Source of the DNA: Wolbachia endosymbiont of Litomosoides sigmodontis
Lineage (GTDB): Bacteria; Pseudomonadota; Alphaproteobacteria; Rickettsiales; Anaplasmataceae
Reading direction: 5' to 3'
NCBI RefSeq assembly: GCF_013365435.1
Contig: NZ_CP046577.1
Coordinates: forward strand, 270,001 to 302,000
Length of the DNA: 32,000 bases
Positions within the stretch are counted from its first letter, which is position 1, and each line of letters opens with the position of its first letter. Positions 1 to 10,362 of this stretch are shown piece after piece. Under the pieces are notes generated by a model, which had not been told where the DNA came from, searched no databases, and saw only the letters and a list, made by a program, of their open reading frames with translations. A program made the translations under genes and the position numbers.

Positions 1-18
1 ACAAAGTCTAGTTGGTAG
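1..18 (+). CDS. rpsN: 30S ribosomal protein S14, 3' end only (window starts inside the gene)
   Basis: Frame 1 reads T-K-S-S-W-stop (aca aag tct agt tgg tag). A ...SW C-terminus and a position directly upstream of S8 fit S14 in the spc operon. Confidence 0.55.
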   Translation, partial: TKSSW

Positions 19-39
19 ATATAATATAGGGAGTGTATT

Positions 40-435
40 GTGGCATTATCTGATAGTGTTGGTGATTTTTTAACAAGGATACGTAATGCTCAATTGGCGA
101 TGCATAAGACGACAAGAGTTTTATTTTCTAAGGTGAATTTTTCTATATTGAAGATATTAAAGGATGAGGGGTATATTCTTGATTACCAGAAAGAGGTTGT
201 AGGTGATTTATCATCTTTTATTGTAAAATTGAAGTATTATGAAAGATCACCTGTAATTAGTGATATAGTTAGAATATCGAAGCCTGGGTGTCGTTGTTAT
301 TCTAAATATAAGGATATTTCTAAAGCGTATAATGGGCTTGGTATTTTTATTATATCTACGTCCAAAGGGGTAATGACTGATTATGATGCACATAAGTTAA
401 AGGTTGGTGGAGAGATTTTGTGTCGTGTGTTTTAA
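40..435 (+). CDS. rpsH: 30S ribosomal protein S8
   Basis: 131 aa ORF with a GTG start and AGGGAG 7 nt upstream. The N-terminal [13 protein letters not shown] and C-terminal GGEILCRVF are typical of S8, and the operon position fits. Confidence 0.95.
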   Translation: MALSDSVGDFLTRIRNAQLAMHKTTRVLFSKVNFSILKILKDEGYILDYQKEVVGDLSSFIVKLKYYERSPVISDIVRISKPGCRCYSKYKDISKAYNGLGIFIISTSKGVMTDYDAHKLKVGGEILCRVF

Positions 436-451
436 GTAATAGGAGAAATTT

Positions 452-997
452 ATGTCTCGTATAGGTGCTGCACCTATTAATATTCCTGCTGGTGTTTTAG
501 TTGAATGTAATGATGGCAAGATATTAATAAAAAGTGCTAAAGCAGAAAAAGAACTTAAGCTGTGTAGTGATATTGTGTGTCAGGTTATTGGTAATCAGTT
601 GATATTTTCTATTGATCAAAGCAAAGATAGTTACGGTGGAATAAAATCTATATGGGGTACGTATAGAAGTAATGCTAACAATATTATTAGTGGTATGATT
701 AATGATTTTTCTGTTGATCTTGAGATTAATGGTGTTGGATATAAAGCAGAGTGTGATGGTAAGTATTTGACTTTGTATCTTGGTTATAGCCATAATGTTA
801 AGTATAAAGTGCCTAAAGATATTGAGATTAAGTGTATAAAACCAACTTACTTGGTGATTAGTGGCATGGATAAGCAAAAAGTCCATGCGATAGCATCTGA
901 TGTGTGCAAGATTAGAAAATACGATCCTTATAAAGGTAAAGGTATTATAATAAAAGGCAAATTTATGTTGCGTAAAGTTGTGAGTAAAAGGAAGTAA
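452..997 (+). CDS. rplF: 50S ribosomal protein L6
   Basis: 181 aa beginning MSRIG..PI.IP.GV. GYSH and YKGKGI motifs are present, and the gene follows S8. Confidence 0.95.
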   Translation: MSRIGAAPINIPAGVLVECNDGKILIKSAKAEKELKLCSDIVCQVIGNQLIFSIDQSKDSYGGIKSIWGTYRSNANNIISGMINDFSVDLEINGVGYKAECDGKYLTLYLGYSHNVKYKVPKDIEIKCIKPTYLVISGMDKQKVHAIASDVCKIRKYDPYKGKGIIIKGKFMLRKVVSKRK

Positions 998-1002
998 TTA
1001 AG

Positions 1003-1374
1003 ATGAGAAGGTTATATAATTTTTTAAGTAATCCTGAAAAAAGGAAATTACGTAATAGAAAGAAGCTTAAAGGTGGTATTAAGCGTTTACGTATATCTAT
1101 ATTTAAATCTAATAGGCATTTTTATGCTCAGTTAATTAATGATGAAAAAGGAGTAACTCTAACTTCTGCTTCTACCTTGGACGCTAAAATCAAGGATGTA
1201 TGTGAGGGGAAGGTCAATACTGGAGCTATAAGGCAAGTTTCTTCTTTAATGATTGAACGTCTATCTAATATGAAATTAGAACAAGAATTGGTATTTGATC
1301 GTGGAGCATATAAATATACAGGATTAGTTTCTCAATTTGCTGAAGCTTTACGAAGCTCTGGATTTAAATTTTAG
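1003..1374 (+). CDS. rplR: 50S ribosomal protein L18
   Basis: 123 aa with RLRISIFKSNRHFYAQLI and FDRG.YKY.G motifs, in the operon position between L6 and S5. Confidence 0.9.
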   Translation: MRRLYNFLSNPEKRKLRNRKKLKGGIKRLRISIFKSNRHFYAQLINDEKGVTLTSASTLDAKIKDVCEGKVNTGAIRQVSSLMIERLSNMKLEQELVFDRGAYKYTGLVSQFAEALRSSGFKF

Positions 1375-1386
1375 AAGGTTTTTAAT

Positions 1387-1899
1387 ATGGCTGTAAAGAA
1401 TTTGCAAAATAATAATGATTGGTCAGAGCTTTTAGTTTCGATGAGGAGAGTAACGACGGTTACCAAAGGTGGTAGACGTTTCTCATTTTCAATTTTGGTT
1501 GTTGTTGGAGATGAGAGGGGTAGAGTGGGGTGTGGAATGGGTAAACATGCGGAGGTTGCTGAAGCAAGAATAAAAGCTGTAAATGCTGCAAAAAAATCTA
1601 TGGTTAGAGTGTACTTGCGTGAAGGTAGAACTTTGCATCATGATATTAAAGCTAAATTTTGCTCTGGTGAAATGGTTTTAAGAGCAGCTAGAGCTGGAAC
1701 AGGTATTATTGCTGGAGGGGCGATTAGGTCGGTTTTTGAGGTGTTGGGCATAAAAGATGTAGTAGCTAAATCTACTAGATCGAATAATCCTCATAATGTT
1801 ATATGTGCAGTGTTTAAAGCTTTTGATAATATATTATCTCCTCGTCAAGTAGCAAGTAAAAGAGGTAAAAAGATTAGCGAGATAGTCGGGAATAGGTAA
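1387..1899 (+). CDS. rpsE: 30S ribosomal protein S5
   Basis: 170 aa with [28 protein letters not shown] and GTGIIAGG motifs. Confidence 0.95.
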   Translation: MAVKNLQNNNDWSELLVSMRRVTTVTKGGRRFSFSILVVVGDERGRVGCGMGKHAEVAEARIKAVNAAKKSMVRVYLREGRTLHHDIKAKFCSGEMVLRAARAGTGIIAGGAIRSVFEVLGIKDVVAKSTRSNNPHNVICAVFKAFDNILSPRQVASKRGKKISEIVGNR

Positions 1900-1902
1900 T
1901 GT

Positions 1903-2373
1903 ATGGATAATGCTATAAAGTTAAGCTCTATATTTACTAAATTATCGAAAAAAAAGAAGCCTAAGTTACTAGGTAGGGGTATCGGTTGTGGTAAAGGTAA
2001 AACATCTGGTAGGGGGCATAAGGGGCAGAAATCTAGAAGCGGTATTTCTATAAATGGGTTTGAAGGTGGACAACAGTCTATATATACACGTTTACCTAAA
2101 AGGGGTTTTAACCCTATACATGAAAATGTATGTTCTATAATTAACGTTGGTGATGTTCAGCGCTTAATAGAGGCTGGAAAAATAGAAAAAAGCTCTGTTA
2201 TAGATAAGGAAATGCTATATAAATTAGGTTTTATAAAGTCTATTAAAGATAAAATCAAACTTCTTAATAAAGGTAAGCTAAACGAGAGATGTGTATTTCA
2301 TGTTGATTTTGTATCAGAAACTGCAAAAAAATCTGTAACTTCAATTGGTGGTAGTGTGGAAATATTATCATAA
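1903..2373 (+). CDS. rplO: 50S ribosomal protein L15
   Basis: 156 aa with GRGIGCGKGKTSGRGHKGQKSRSG and FEGGQ..IYTRLPKRGF motifs. It starts 3 nt after rpsE, with no L30 gene between them. Confidence 0.92.
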   Translation: MDNAIKLSSIFTKLSKKKKPKLLGRGIGCGKGKTSGRGHKGQKSRSGISINGFEGGQQSIYTRLPKRGFNPIHENVCSIINVGDVQRLIEAGKIEKSSVIDKEMLYKLGFIKSIKDKIKLLNKGKLNERCVFHVDFVSETAKKSVTSIGGSVEILS

Positions 2374-2376
2374 GTA

Positions 2377-3705
2377 ATGGGCAGTAAGTCAGCATTTAAT
2401 AGTTTAGATCCTGCGTTATTATATAAAGGTGATCTATTAAGGCGTATATTTTTTACGCTAATAGCTTTAATTTGCTATCGTTTAGGGACTTATGTACCTA
2501 TTCCTGGAATTAATCTTGATATAATCAATGATGTATTCCCTAAAGAAGTTACTGGTGTTTTTGGGGTATTTAATCTATTCTCTGGTGGAGCATTAGCTAG
2601 GATGACTATTCTAGCGTTAAATGTTATGCCGTATATAGTTGCATCTATAGTTATGCAATTATTATCTTCTGCAGTTAAAGGGATTAATGAAGTTAAAAAT
2701 GATGGAGAATTAGGACGTCGAAGGATGAATTCTTACATACGTTATATGACCATAGTGTTTTGTATATTTCAATCAGTTACTATTTTAATTGGGTTAGAAA
2801 GAATGAATAGGGAAGGAGCATTAGTTGTAATCGAACCTGGTGTTATGTTTCGTATAGTGGGTGTTTTTAGCCTTTTGGGTGGAACAATGTTTCTAATATG
2901 GCTTGGTGAGCAAATCAGTGCTAGTGGTATAGGTAATGGTATCTCATTGATTATCTTCACAGGTATAATATCAGAGTTGCATAATGCTTTTTCCTCTCTG
3001 CTAACATTAAATAAAAACGGTAATATATCAGTGCCTATTATCCTTTTTATTTTTGGGTTATTTTTTTTACTGCTGCTTTTAATTATTTTTGTAGAATCTT
3101 CTTATAGAAAAGTTACTGTTCAATATCCTAAGAGGCAATTTAAAAGATTACATACTGATGATTTTACTTATATCCCATTAAAAATTAATTTATCTGGTGT
3201 AATACCAACTATTTTTGCTAATGCAATTTTATTAACACCTATTTCAATAGCAAATTTCTATAAAGGGCATGTTTTTTCTGATTTTATTTTAAATTACTTT
3301 ATGGCAAACAAAGTAGTTTATATTGTAGCTTACTTAACGCTTATAGTGTTTTTTAACTTTTTCTATACTAATTTCATATTTAATTCAGAAGAAAATGCAG
3401 ATTTTCTTAAAAAAAATAGTGGTTTTATACCTGGTAGAAGGCCTGGAAAACACACTTCTGATTATCTTCAAGGTATCGTTTTTAGATTAACTTTTATTGG
3501 TTCTGCATATTTGGTGGTTATATGTACTGTGCCTGAAGTCATGAGATATTATTATGATGTACCATTTATTTTTGGTGGGACGAGCTTATTGATTATAGTT
3601 AATGTTATTACTGATACTATTATGCAAATACAATCCTATATCTTTTCAAGTAGGTATGATAACTGGGTAAAAAAATATAAGTCTAAAACGAAGAAATTAA
3701 GATGA
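2377..3705 (+). CDS. secY: Preprotein translocase subunit SecY
   Basis: 442 aa polytopic membrane protein with [29 protein letters not shown] and WLGEQI motifs. Confidence 0.96.
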   Translation: MGSKSAFNSLDPALLYKGDLLRRIFFTLIALICYRLGTYVPIPGINLDIINDVFPKEVTGVFGVFNLFSGGALARMTILALNVMPYIVASIVMQLLSSAVKGINEVKNDGELGRRRMNSYIRYMTIVFCIFQSVTILIGLERMNREGALVVIEPGVMFRIVGVFSLLGGTMFLIWLGEQISASGIGNGISLIIFTGIISELHNAFSSLLTLNKNGNISVPIILFIFGLFFLLLLLIIFVESSYRKVTVQYPKRQFKRLHTDDFTYIPLKINLSGVIPTIFANAILLTPISIANFYKGHVFSDFILNYFMANKVVYIVAYLTLIVFFNFFYTNFIFNSEENADFLKKNSGFIPGRRPGKHTSDYLQGIVFRLTFIGSAYLVVICTVPEVMRYYYDVPFIFGGTSLLIIVNVITDTIMQIQSYIFSSRYDNWVKKYKSKTKKLR

Positions 3706-4352
3706 TTATTACAATTTTTGGTCTTCCTGGCTCTGGTAAAGGTACTCAATCAAGCTTATTAGTAGAAAGGTATAATTTAAAATTAATTTCAGTAGGGGAT
3801 TTGTTAAGAGGTATTATATCTAGTGGTAGCGAGTTAGGCAAAAAAATAAAAGATACTGTAGAATTTGGTAATTTAGTTCAAGATGGAATTATATGTAAAT
3901 TATTATGTGATCAGCTTGTATTGATGGATGATAATTTTTTGTTGGATGGTTTCCCAAGAAACCTAAATCAAGCTCATTTTTTAACTCAAATTTTGCGGGA
4001 GAGATATAATAAGGATGTGGATGTTGTAATTGAATTGCAGCTTGATGATAAGGTGGCAGTTGATAGATTAATGAATCGTCTTATGTGCTTAGACTGTAAA
4101 AGTATATACAGTGTATCTTTTTTCAAAGTTAATGATAACCTTATTTGTATGAAATGTAAAAGTGCAAGGCTAGAAAGGAGAATTGATGATGCAGATTTAT
4201 CTGCAATTGATAGGAGAATAGGTGAATATCATATGCAAATAAATAGTCTACGTGAATATTATAGAGAAAAATTATTAATGATTGATGCTAGTTTTAATGT
4301 TGATCAGGTAAAACAGGAGATTGAAAGTAAAATTTCTTGCAATTTAGTTTGA
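3702..4352 (+). CDS. adk: Adenylate kinase (lid with four Cys)
   Basis: 216 aa with P-loop [10 protein letters not shown] and LLDGFPRN. The lid carries CLDC...CMKC. The start overlaps the secY stop as ATGA. Confidence 0.9.
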   Translation: MIITIFGLPGSGKGTQSSLLVERYNLKLISVGDLLRGIISSGSELGKKIKDTVEFGNLVQDGIICKLLCDQLVLMDDNFLLDGFPRNLNQAHFLTQILRERYNKDVDVVIELQLDDKVAVDRLMNRLMCLDCKSIYSVSFFKVNDNLICMKCKSARLERRIDDADLSAIDRRIGEYHMQINSLREYYREKLLMIDASFNVDQVKQEIESKISCNLV

Positions 4353-4410
4353 CTCTGAGTTACTTTATGATATAAATTAAGAATTATTTTTAATAAAATA
4401 CGGAGTATCA

Positions 4411-4779
4411 GTGGCACGTATTGCGGGTGTAAATGTTCCAGTCAAGAAATGTGTTCCTTTTGCGTTAACTTACATATACGGTATAGGTATTTCTACTGCA
4501 AATATAATTTGCTATACTTGCGAAGTTGATAAGAGCAAACGTGTTTCAGAATTGCAAGATAAAGATATAGAAAAAATTAACAACTTCATTAGACAAAATT
4601 GTTCTGTAGAGGGCGAATTAAGAAAAGAAGTGGCTATGAATATAAAGTCTTTAGTAGAGATGGGGTGCTATAGAGGGGTGAGACATAGAAAAGGTTTACC
4701 TGTAAGAGGGCAAAGAACTCATACCAATGCTAAAACTCGTAAAGGTAGATCTCGTTTACCTATTGCTGGAAAAAAATGA
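4411..4779 (+). CDS. rpsM: 30S ribosomal protein S13
   Basis: 122 aa with a GTG start and GGAG upstream. Begins MARIAGVN.P, with [23 protein letters not shown]. Confidence 0.95.
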   Translation: MARIAGVNVPVKKCVPFALTYIYGIGISTANIICYTCEVDKSKRVSELQDKDIEKINNFIRQNCSVEGELRKEVAMNIKSLVEMGCYRGVRHRKGLPVRGQRTHTNAKTRKGRSRLPIAGKK

Positions 4780-4800
4780 AATTTATTATTGTGAGTTTTA

Positions 4801-5187
4801 ATGAAAAAGGTCAGGACGGTTAGTAAAAGTGTAAAGAAGTTTATTACTGGAGTTGTTCGTATTCGTGCAACTTTTAATAATACTTTCATAAATGTGACTG
4901 ATATTCAAGGTAATACTCTGTACCAAACCTCTGTAGGTGCACATGGTTTTTCAGGTTCAAGAAAGTCTACACCTTATGCTGCTGGTAAAGCCTCAGAGGC
5001 TGCTGCAAAAATTGCGATAGAGAAATTTGGTATGAAGGTTGTTTCTGTAATAATTTGTGGCCCTGGTTTTGGTACTGAGGCTGCAGTTAAGGCACTTCAG
5101 AATTGCGGATTAACAGTTACCTCAATTGCAGATAAAACTGCGATTCCTCATAATGGATGTAGGTTAAGAAAAAAAAGAAGGGTATAG
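4801..5187 (+). CDS. rpsK: 30S ribosomal protein S11
   Basis: 128 aa with [22 protein letters not shown] and PHNGCR..K.RR motifs. Confidence 0.95.
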   Translation: MKKVRTVSKSVKKFITGVVRIRATFNNTFINVTDIQGNTLYQTSVGAHGFSGSRKSTPYAAGKASEAAAKIAIEKFGMKVVSVIICGPGFGTEAAVKALQNCGLTVTSIADKTAIPHNGCRLRKKRRV

Positions 5188-5208
5188 AATATTTGAAAGG
5201 GTTATTTT

Positions 5209-6276
5209 ATGTATTATGAAAACGGTGTTTCTATTTTTGACAGTTTAGATAAATTGACTAAGCCTAATTCAATGAAAGTAGTATCAAGTGATTCAAGTAA
5301 AAAGGGTGATATAGTACTAGAACCATTGGAAAGTGGTTTTGCTTTAACATTAGGTAATGCGTTAAGACGTGTAATGCTGTCTTCTCTTATAGGTAGTGCT
5401 GTTTATGGGATAAAAATTGAGGGTATAACTCATGAATTTACTTCAATTCAAGGTGTAAGAGAAGATGTGACTGATATAGTATTGAATATGAGCATGTTAA
5501 GGTGTAAGTTAAATGACACTTCTAATAAGTGCCTAAATTTAAGTGTTAAAGGACCTTGTCAGGTATTAGCTGAGATGATAGAAACTGATGATCAGTGCTC
5601 TATTGTTAATAAAGATTTGCCAATATGTACACTAGGGCAAAATGTAGAGCTCAACATGACTATATATGTGGCTAGTGGAAAAGGTTACCTTCCTGTAACT
5701 AAATATAAGGAAAATGAATTTTTGAAGCTTATGAATGAGCAAGATTTAATTGGTTTTATTCCAGTTAATGCTTTGTATAGTCCTATTAACAAAGTTTCAT
5801 ATAGAGTAGAGAATAGTCGCGTTGGGCAAGTTACTGATAAGGATAAATTGATATTGTCAATTGAAACTGATGGTACAATTTCCCCTAGTCAAGCTGTTGA
5901 CTCTGCTGCAAAGATATTGCAAGAGCAACTTCAGCCTTTTATTAGTTCTGATGTAAGTTATAAAAAATCTCAAGTTTCTTTACCTAGTGGTTATAAAAAT
6001 TTGGGTTATGATCCTATCTTATTGCGCAAAGTAGATGAAATGGAGTTATCTGTCAGGTCACATAATTGCTTGAAGAATGAGAATATTACTTATATAGGTG
6101 ATCTTGTACAAAAGACAGAAAGTGAAATGTTAAGAACTGCTAATTTTGGTAGGAAGTCTTTAAATGAAATTAAGGCAGTTTTGAATAATTTTGGCTTATC
6201 TTTAGGTATGGATATACCAGATTGGCCACCTAAAGATATAGATGAGTTAGCTAGGCAACATACTGATGAGGATTAG
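5209..6276 (+). CDS. rpoA: DNA-directed RNA polymerase subunit alpha
   Basis: 355 aa with [17 protein letters not shown] in the N-terminal domain and ELSVRS.NCL in the C-terminal domain, followed by L17. Confidence 0.95.
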   Translation: MYYENGVSIFDSLDKLTKPNSMKVVSSDSSKKGDIVLEPLESGFALTLGNALRRVMLSSLIGSAVYGIKIEGITHEFTSIQGVREDVTDIVLNMSMLRCKLNDTSNKCLNLSVKGPCQVLAEMIETDDQCSIVNKDLPICTLGQNVELNMTIYVASGKGYLPVTKYKENEFLKLMNEQDLIGFIPVNALYSPINKVSYRVENSRVGQVTDKDKLILSIETDGTISPSQAVDSAAKILQEQLQPFISSDVSYKKSQVSLPSGYKNLGYDPILLRKVDEMELSVRSHNCLKNENITYIGDLVQKTESEMLRTANFGRKSLNEIKAVLNNFGLSLGMDIPDWPPKDIDELARQHTDED

Positions 6277-6283
6277 GTGATAT

Positions 6284-6712
6284 ATGAGACATAGGATAAA
6301 AAAACGTAAACTATCTCGTCGCACTGAGCATAGGTTATCGATGTTAAAAAATCTATCTATTTCATTAATTGATCATGAGCAGATTATAACTACTTTACCG
6401 AAGGCTAAGGAACTTCGTCCATATGTGGAAAAATTCATTACGATTGCTAAGAATAAAAATACTTTACATGGTAGAAGGCTACTACTTTCGCGTCTTCATA
6501 ATAATAAGTTAGTAGTTGATAAGTTGCTAAATGTTTTAGCTAGCCGTTATCAAGATTGTAGAGGTGGTTATTCTAGAATACTAAAATTTAGTACTCGAAA
6601 GGGTGATTGTGCTTCAATGGCAGTAATAGAACTAATTAATAGGGATGTTGCAGCAAAAGGTAAAGTTTATGATAAAAGTAAAGAGGGAAATGAAGAAGCT
6701 ACGAAAAGTTAA
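6284..6712 (+). CDS. rplQ: 50S ribosomal protein L17
   Basis: 142 aa beginning MRHR...RKLSR...HR..MLKNL, with GGY.RI.K...R.GD motif. Confidence 0.93.
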   Translation: MRHRIKKRKLSRRTEHRLSMLKNLSISLIDHEQIITTLPKAKELRPYVEKFITIAKNKNTLHGRRLLLSRLHNNKLVVDKLLNVLASRYQDCRGGYSRILKFSTRKGDCASMAVIELINRDVAAKGKVYDKSKEGNEEATKS

Positions 6713-6729
6713 TTATTATCATAGTTTTT

Positions 6730-7008
6730 ATGGTGAATAGGTTATACTATTTTATAGGTTATTTTGGTGAGTTGTTAATTTTATTATATTCAAAACTGAA
6801 ATGTTGTTATGTTATACAACACCGTTGTAAATTTGGTGAAGTTGACTTAATTGTATCTAAAAAAAAAGAGCTGATTTTTATAAAAGTTGAAGTAGGTCTG
6901 CTTAAGCGTCAATCTATTGTAAATTCTTTTAAATATTTCTTAAGTAATGACCTTAGTTTTTTAGGTTATTCTATTGGTATGATTTATGTTTCCTTATTTG
7001 AAGAGTGA
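6730..7008 (+). CDS. YraN/UPF0102-like small protein, short and possibly degenerate
   Basis: 92 aa. GYFGELLILLYSKLKCCYVIQHRCKFGEVDLIV matches the G..GE...YL...GY.I...N.R...GEIDLI core of UPF0102. The expected F-V-E-V-K motif reads F-I-K-V-E instead. Confidence 0.45.
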   Translation: MVNRLYYFIGYFGELLILLYSKLKCCYVIQHRCKFGEVDLIVSKKKELIFIKVEVGLLKRQSIVNSFKYFLSNDLSFLGYSIGMIYVSLFEE

Positions 7009-7031
7009 AAGGTTTATATAACTAATTTAGT

Positions 7032-7592
7032 ATGAGAAGGACCCAATACAGTAATTTAGTTTCATCTTATGCTAGAGTACTGTTTTGTGTTTCAGAGAAT
7101 AAGCTAAGTGTTATAAGAAAAGAAGTGGAATTTTTGTTAGATTTTTTTAAAAGTCAACGTGGTATTTTTATATACTTATCCCATCCTATGATTCCTTTTG
7201 CATGCAAAAAAGAAGTTATCCTTTCTATAAAGGAACACTTGAGTGAGAGTTTAGTGAAATTTATTGTAGTTATATTTGCAAATAAGCGTTCTAACTTATT
7301 GATCCATGTATTAAAAAAGTTCTTAAATCTTGTAAGAGAAAGTGAGAATGAATTAGAAATTACTATAAGTTCAGCAGAAACTTTAAGCGAATCCAGTATA
7401 AAAATAATTACTGAATCTTTGAGCTTTCTTGGTAAAATAGTAAAGGTAGACAGTGTGGTTGACCCTTCTATACTAGGTGGTTTTATAGTTAAGTATGGCT
7501 TTAATTTAATTGATGCTTCATTGAAAAGTTATTTAGATAGGTTAGTTGATTTAAGTAAAGTGGAAATATTAAAAACAAGGAATTTTGTATGA
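7032..7592 (+). CDS. atpH: F0F1 ATP synthase subunit delta (OSCP)
   Basis: 186 aa, directly upstream of and overlapping atpA. The C-terminal V.V.VDPS.LGG..V..G....D.S.K..L pattern fits OSCP. Confidence 0.8.
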   Translation: MRRTQYSNLVSSYARVLFCVSENKLSVIRKEVEFLLDFFKSQRGIFIYLSHPMIPFACKKEVILSIKEHLSESLVKFIVVIFANKRSNLLIHVLKKFLNLVRESENELEITISSAETLSESSIKIITESLSFLGKIVKVDSVVDPSILGGFIVKYGFNLIDASLKSYLDRLVDLSKVEILKTRNFV

Positions 7593-9130
7593 AAGACAAT
7601 ATGAATGCCTCTGAGATAGTGAATATAATAAGAGAGAAAGTTGAAGCATTTGATTATCCTGTAAAACGGGAAAATATAGGTGAGGTGATTTCAGTGGCTG
7701 ATGGTATTGCATTAGTTTATGGACTTGAAAAAGCAAAATTAGGTGAAAAGGTATTTTTTACAAGTGGTGTGGAAGGAATAGTTCTTGATTTAGACCATGA
7801 TATAGCTGGAATAGTGATTCTTGGTAATGATCGTGATGTGAAAGAAGGGGATATTGTAAAGTGCAGTGGTGATGTTATGAAAGTGCCTGTGGGATATGAA
7901 TTATTGGGAAGAGTTGTAAATGCATTGGGCTGTCCTATAGACAGAGGTGAAGAAATTAAATCTAAGAATAGAATGGATATAGAATCTAAAGCACCTGGCA
8001 TTATTGATCGTGAGTCTGTACATGAGCCTCTGCAAACGGGAATTAAAATTATAGACTTGCTGATTCCAATAGGTAGAGGGCAGCGTGAATTAGTTGTTGG
8101 TGATAGACAAATCGGTAAAACTACTATTGCGCTTGATACTATTATTAATCAAAAGAAGATTAATGATAAAGTGGATAAAGATCAAAAAGTTTACTGTGTT
8201 TATGTTGCTATTGGGCAAAAAATTTCAACTGTGGCAAAGGTAGTAAATAAGCTAGAAGAAAGTGGAGCATTAGAGTATACCACTATAGTTGTAGCTAGTG
8301 CATCTGACTGTGCTCCTATGCAATTTTTGGCGCCTTATACTGGTTGCACTATTGGAGAATTTTTCCGTGATAATGGGATGCATTGCTTGGTAGTATATGA
8401 TGATTTATCTAAGCATGCTGTAGCATATAGGCAAATGTCTTTACTGCTGAGACGTCCTCCTGGTCGTGAAGCTTATCCTGGGGATATATTTTACGTGCAT
8501 TCTCGTTTACTTGAAAGGGCTGCTAAAATGTCTGGTAAGAAAGGACATGGATCTCTAACTGCTTTGCCAATTATTGAGACTCAAGCTGGTGATGTATCTG
8601 CATATGTTCCAACTAACGTGATTTCGATTACCGATGGACAAATCTTCCTTGAGTCTGAATTATTTTATAAAGGATTTCGCCCTGCGGTAAATATAGGTTT
8701 ATCAGTTTCGCGTGTTGGTTCTGCTGCACAATTGAAATCAGTTAAGGAAGTTGCTGGTTCTATAAAGCTAAGTTTAGCTCAATATAGAGAATTGGAGGAT
8801 TTTGCAAAATTTGGTTCTGATCTTGATGCTAGTGTTCAATTATCCTTAAATAAGGGTAAATATCTTATTGAGCTATTAAAGCAGAAGCAGCATTTACCTA
8901 TGCCAGTGGAAGAGCAAGTAGTGCTGATGTATATTTTTTCTAATCTGTATGATCAATTAAGTAAAATACAAATAAGTGATATCAATAAATTCAAATATGA
9001 CATTATTAATTATTTTCATGTCGCATACCCTGAAGTTTTAAAAAAGTTGTCAGATAGTATGAGCGATGATATAAAAGATGATGTTTTCAATATTGTGAGT
9101 AGTTTTATTACTCAATTTAATGGCGTTTAG
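7589..9130 (+). CDS. atpA: F0F1 ATP synthase subunit alpha
   Basis: 513 aa with Walker [12 protein letters not shown] and motifs [45 protein letters not shown] overlap with atpH. Confidence 0.97.
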   Translation: MKDNMNASEIVNIIREKVEAFDYPVKRENIGEVISVADGIALVYGLEKAKLGEKVFFTSGVEGIVLDLDHDIAGIVILGNDRDVKEGDIVKCSGDVMKVPVGYELLGRVVNALGCPIDRGEEIKSKNRMDIESKAPGIIDRESVHEPLQTGIKIIDLLIPIGRGQRELVVGDRQIGKTTIALDTIINQKKINDKVDKDQKVYCVYVAIGQKISTVAKVVNKLEESGALEYTTIVVASASDCAPMQFLAPYTGCTIGEFFRDNGMHCLVVYDDLSKHAVAYRQMSLLLRRPPGREAYPGDIFYVHSRLLERAAKMSGKKGHGSLTALPIIETQAGDVSAYVPTNVISITDGQIFLESELFYKGFRPAVNIGLSVSRVGSAAQLKSVKEVAGSIKLSLAQYRELEDFAKFGSDLDASVQLSLNKGKYLIELLKQKQHLPMPVEEQVVLMYIFSNLYDQLSKIQISDINKFKYDIINYFHVAYPEVLKKLSDSMSDDIKDDVFNIVSSFITQFNGV

Positions 9131-9634
9131 GTGGTGGTTATGTCTTCATCCATTATTAAGAAGTTTCCTATAACAAGAGAAGGTTTTGAGCATATACAAG
9201 CTGAGCTTGAGAAATTAAAGGAAGAAAAACCTTCCATTATACAAGCTGTTTCTGATGCTCGTGATCAAGGTGATTTATCCGAAAATGCGGAGTATCATGC
9301 TGCACGGGAAAGGTTAGGTTTTATTGAAGGTCGTATAATGGAATTAGAAAACAAGCTCTCACATGCAGAAATAATAGAGGTAAAAAACTTGTTTGGTGAT
9401 TCAGTGATGTTTGGTGCAACTGTAACATTGAGTATGTTAAATGATAATAGTACTGAAGTAGAATATATTTATAAAATTGTAGGTGAGTACGAAGCTGATG
9501 TTTCAAAACAGTTGATATCTACTAGTTCACCTTTGGGTAGTGCTTTAATCGGCAAAAAAGTTGGTGAATATGTGGAAGTAACAGTGCCAAGTGGAGAGAA
9601 ATTGTATAAAATAGTTAAGATTGAATTTAAGTAA
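9131..9634 (+). CDS. greA: Transcription elongation factor GreA
   Basis: GDLSENAEYHAARE....EGRI.ELE motif. The ORF opens with GTG at 9131, immediately after the atpA stop. ATG at 9140 (MSSSIIKKFPIT) is an equally plausible start. Confidence 0.9.
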   Translation: MVVMSSSIIKKFPITREGFEHIQAELEKLKEEKPSIIQAVSDARDQGDLSENAEYHAARERLGFIEGRIMELENKLSHAEIIEVKNLFGDSVMFGATVTLSMLNDNSTEVEYIYKIVGEYEADVSKQLISTSSPLGSALIGKKVGEYVEVTVPSGEKLYKIVKIEFK

Positions 9635-9637
9635 ATT

Positions 9638-10291
9638 ATGGTACAAGCCACGTATGCATCAATCAATCTACCTGGTATTTCTTCTGTGGAAGATGTGTTG
9701 GAAGATGCTCGTTTTGGTAAATTATTTATTCTAGTTGATGATGAGAATAGAGAAAATGAGGGTGATCTAATTGTCTTAGCTGAAAAATTAAAACCGGAAC
9801 ATGTGGCTTTTATGGTTAGGTATGGCACTGGTATTGTGTTTCTGGCTATGACAAGGCTTCATATGGGTAGGTTAGGTCTTGAGTTTATGAGAAGAAGTAA
9901 TGTAGATGAAAAGCTTACCTATCACACTGCGTTCACTACATCGATCGATGCACGTTATGGTGTTACAACTGGTGTTTCTGCTCATGATAGAACGCATACG
10001 ATACTTACCGCTATTGACGGAAAGAGTACTCATAATGATATTATCACTCCTGGTCATGTTTTTCCTATTATTGCAAATGATAATGGAGTTTTAGCACGTA
10101 ATGGTCATACTGAGGCAAGTGTTGAAATAGCAAAGTTAATTGGCTGTAATCACGCAGCTGTAGGGTGTGAATTAGTAAATGATGATGGCTCTATGATGCG
10201 TCTACCTGAGTTGCTTAAATTTGCTGAACAACATAATATTAAGTTAACTACCATCGATAAACTTATACGCTACGTTAAAGAATTGAGCTAG
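9638..10291 (+). CDS. ribB: 3,4-dihydroxy-2-butanone-4-phosphate synthase (stand-alone RibB domain)
   Basis: 217 aa with VDDENRENEGDLI, TAFT.S.DA..GVTTG.SA.DR and GHTEA motifs. There is no fused GTP cyclohydrolase II domain. Confidence 0.9.
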   Translation: MVQATYASINLPGISSVEDVLEDARFGKLFILVDDENRENEGDLIVLAEKLKPEHVAFMVRYGTGIVFLAMTRLHMGRLGLEFMRRSNVDEKLTYHTAFTTSIDARYGVTTGVSAHDRTHTILTAIDGKSTHNDIITPGHVFPIIANDNGVLARNGHTEASVEIAKLIGCNHAAVGCELVNDDGSMMRLPELLKFAEQHNIKLTTIDKLIRYVKELS

Positions 10292-10362
10292 TGTTTATAA
10301 ATTTATATAATTTAAGTATTAAAATATAAGATTCCTGCTAAGGATACAAGCACAGAATTCTC

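Noticed and set aside
524-886. A 120-aa minus-strand ORF inside rplF. Similar antisense ORFs occur at 2769-2960, 7717-8001, 9321-9506, 9469-9828, 9872-10057, 11694-11903, 12152-12394, 13002-13274, 17181-17363, 17856-18092, 18483-18854, 23332-23517, 26191-26409, 27042-27236, 27986-28186, 28176-28415 and 29963-30157.
   Set aside because: All lie wholly within well-supported genes on the opposite strand or in another frame. They have low-complexity, Ile/Leu/Ser/Thr-rich composition and no recognisable motifs, so they are shadow ORFs typical of AT-rich DNA.
9635-9637. An FMN riboswitch upstream of ribB, and an Mg2+ (M-box) riboswitch upstream of mgtE (16839-16992).
   Set aside because: ribB starts 3 nt after greA, leaving no room for a leader. 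The 154-bp prfB-mgtE divergent spacer is very AT-rich, shows no conserved riboswitch cores that I can recognise, and is too short for an M-box.
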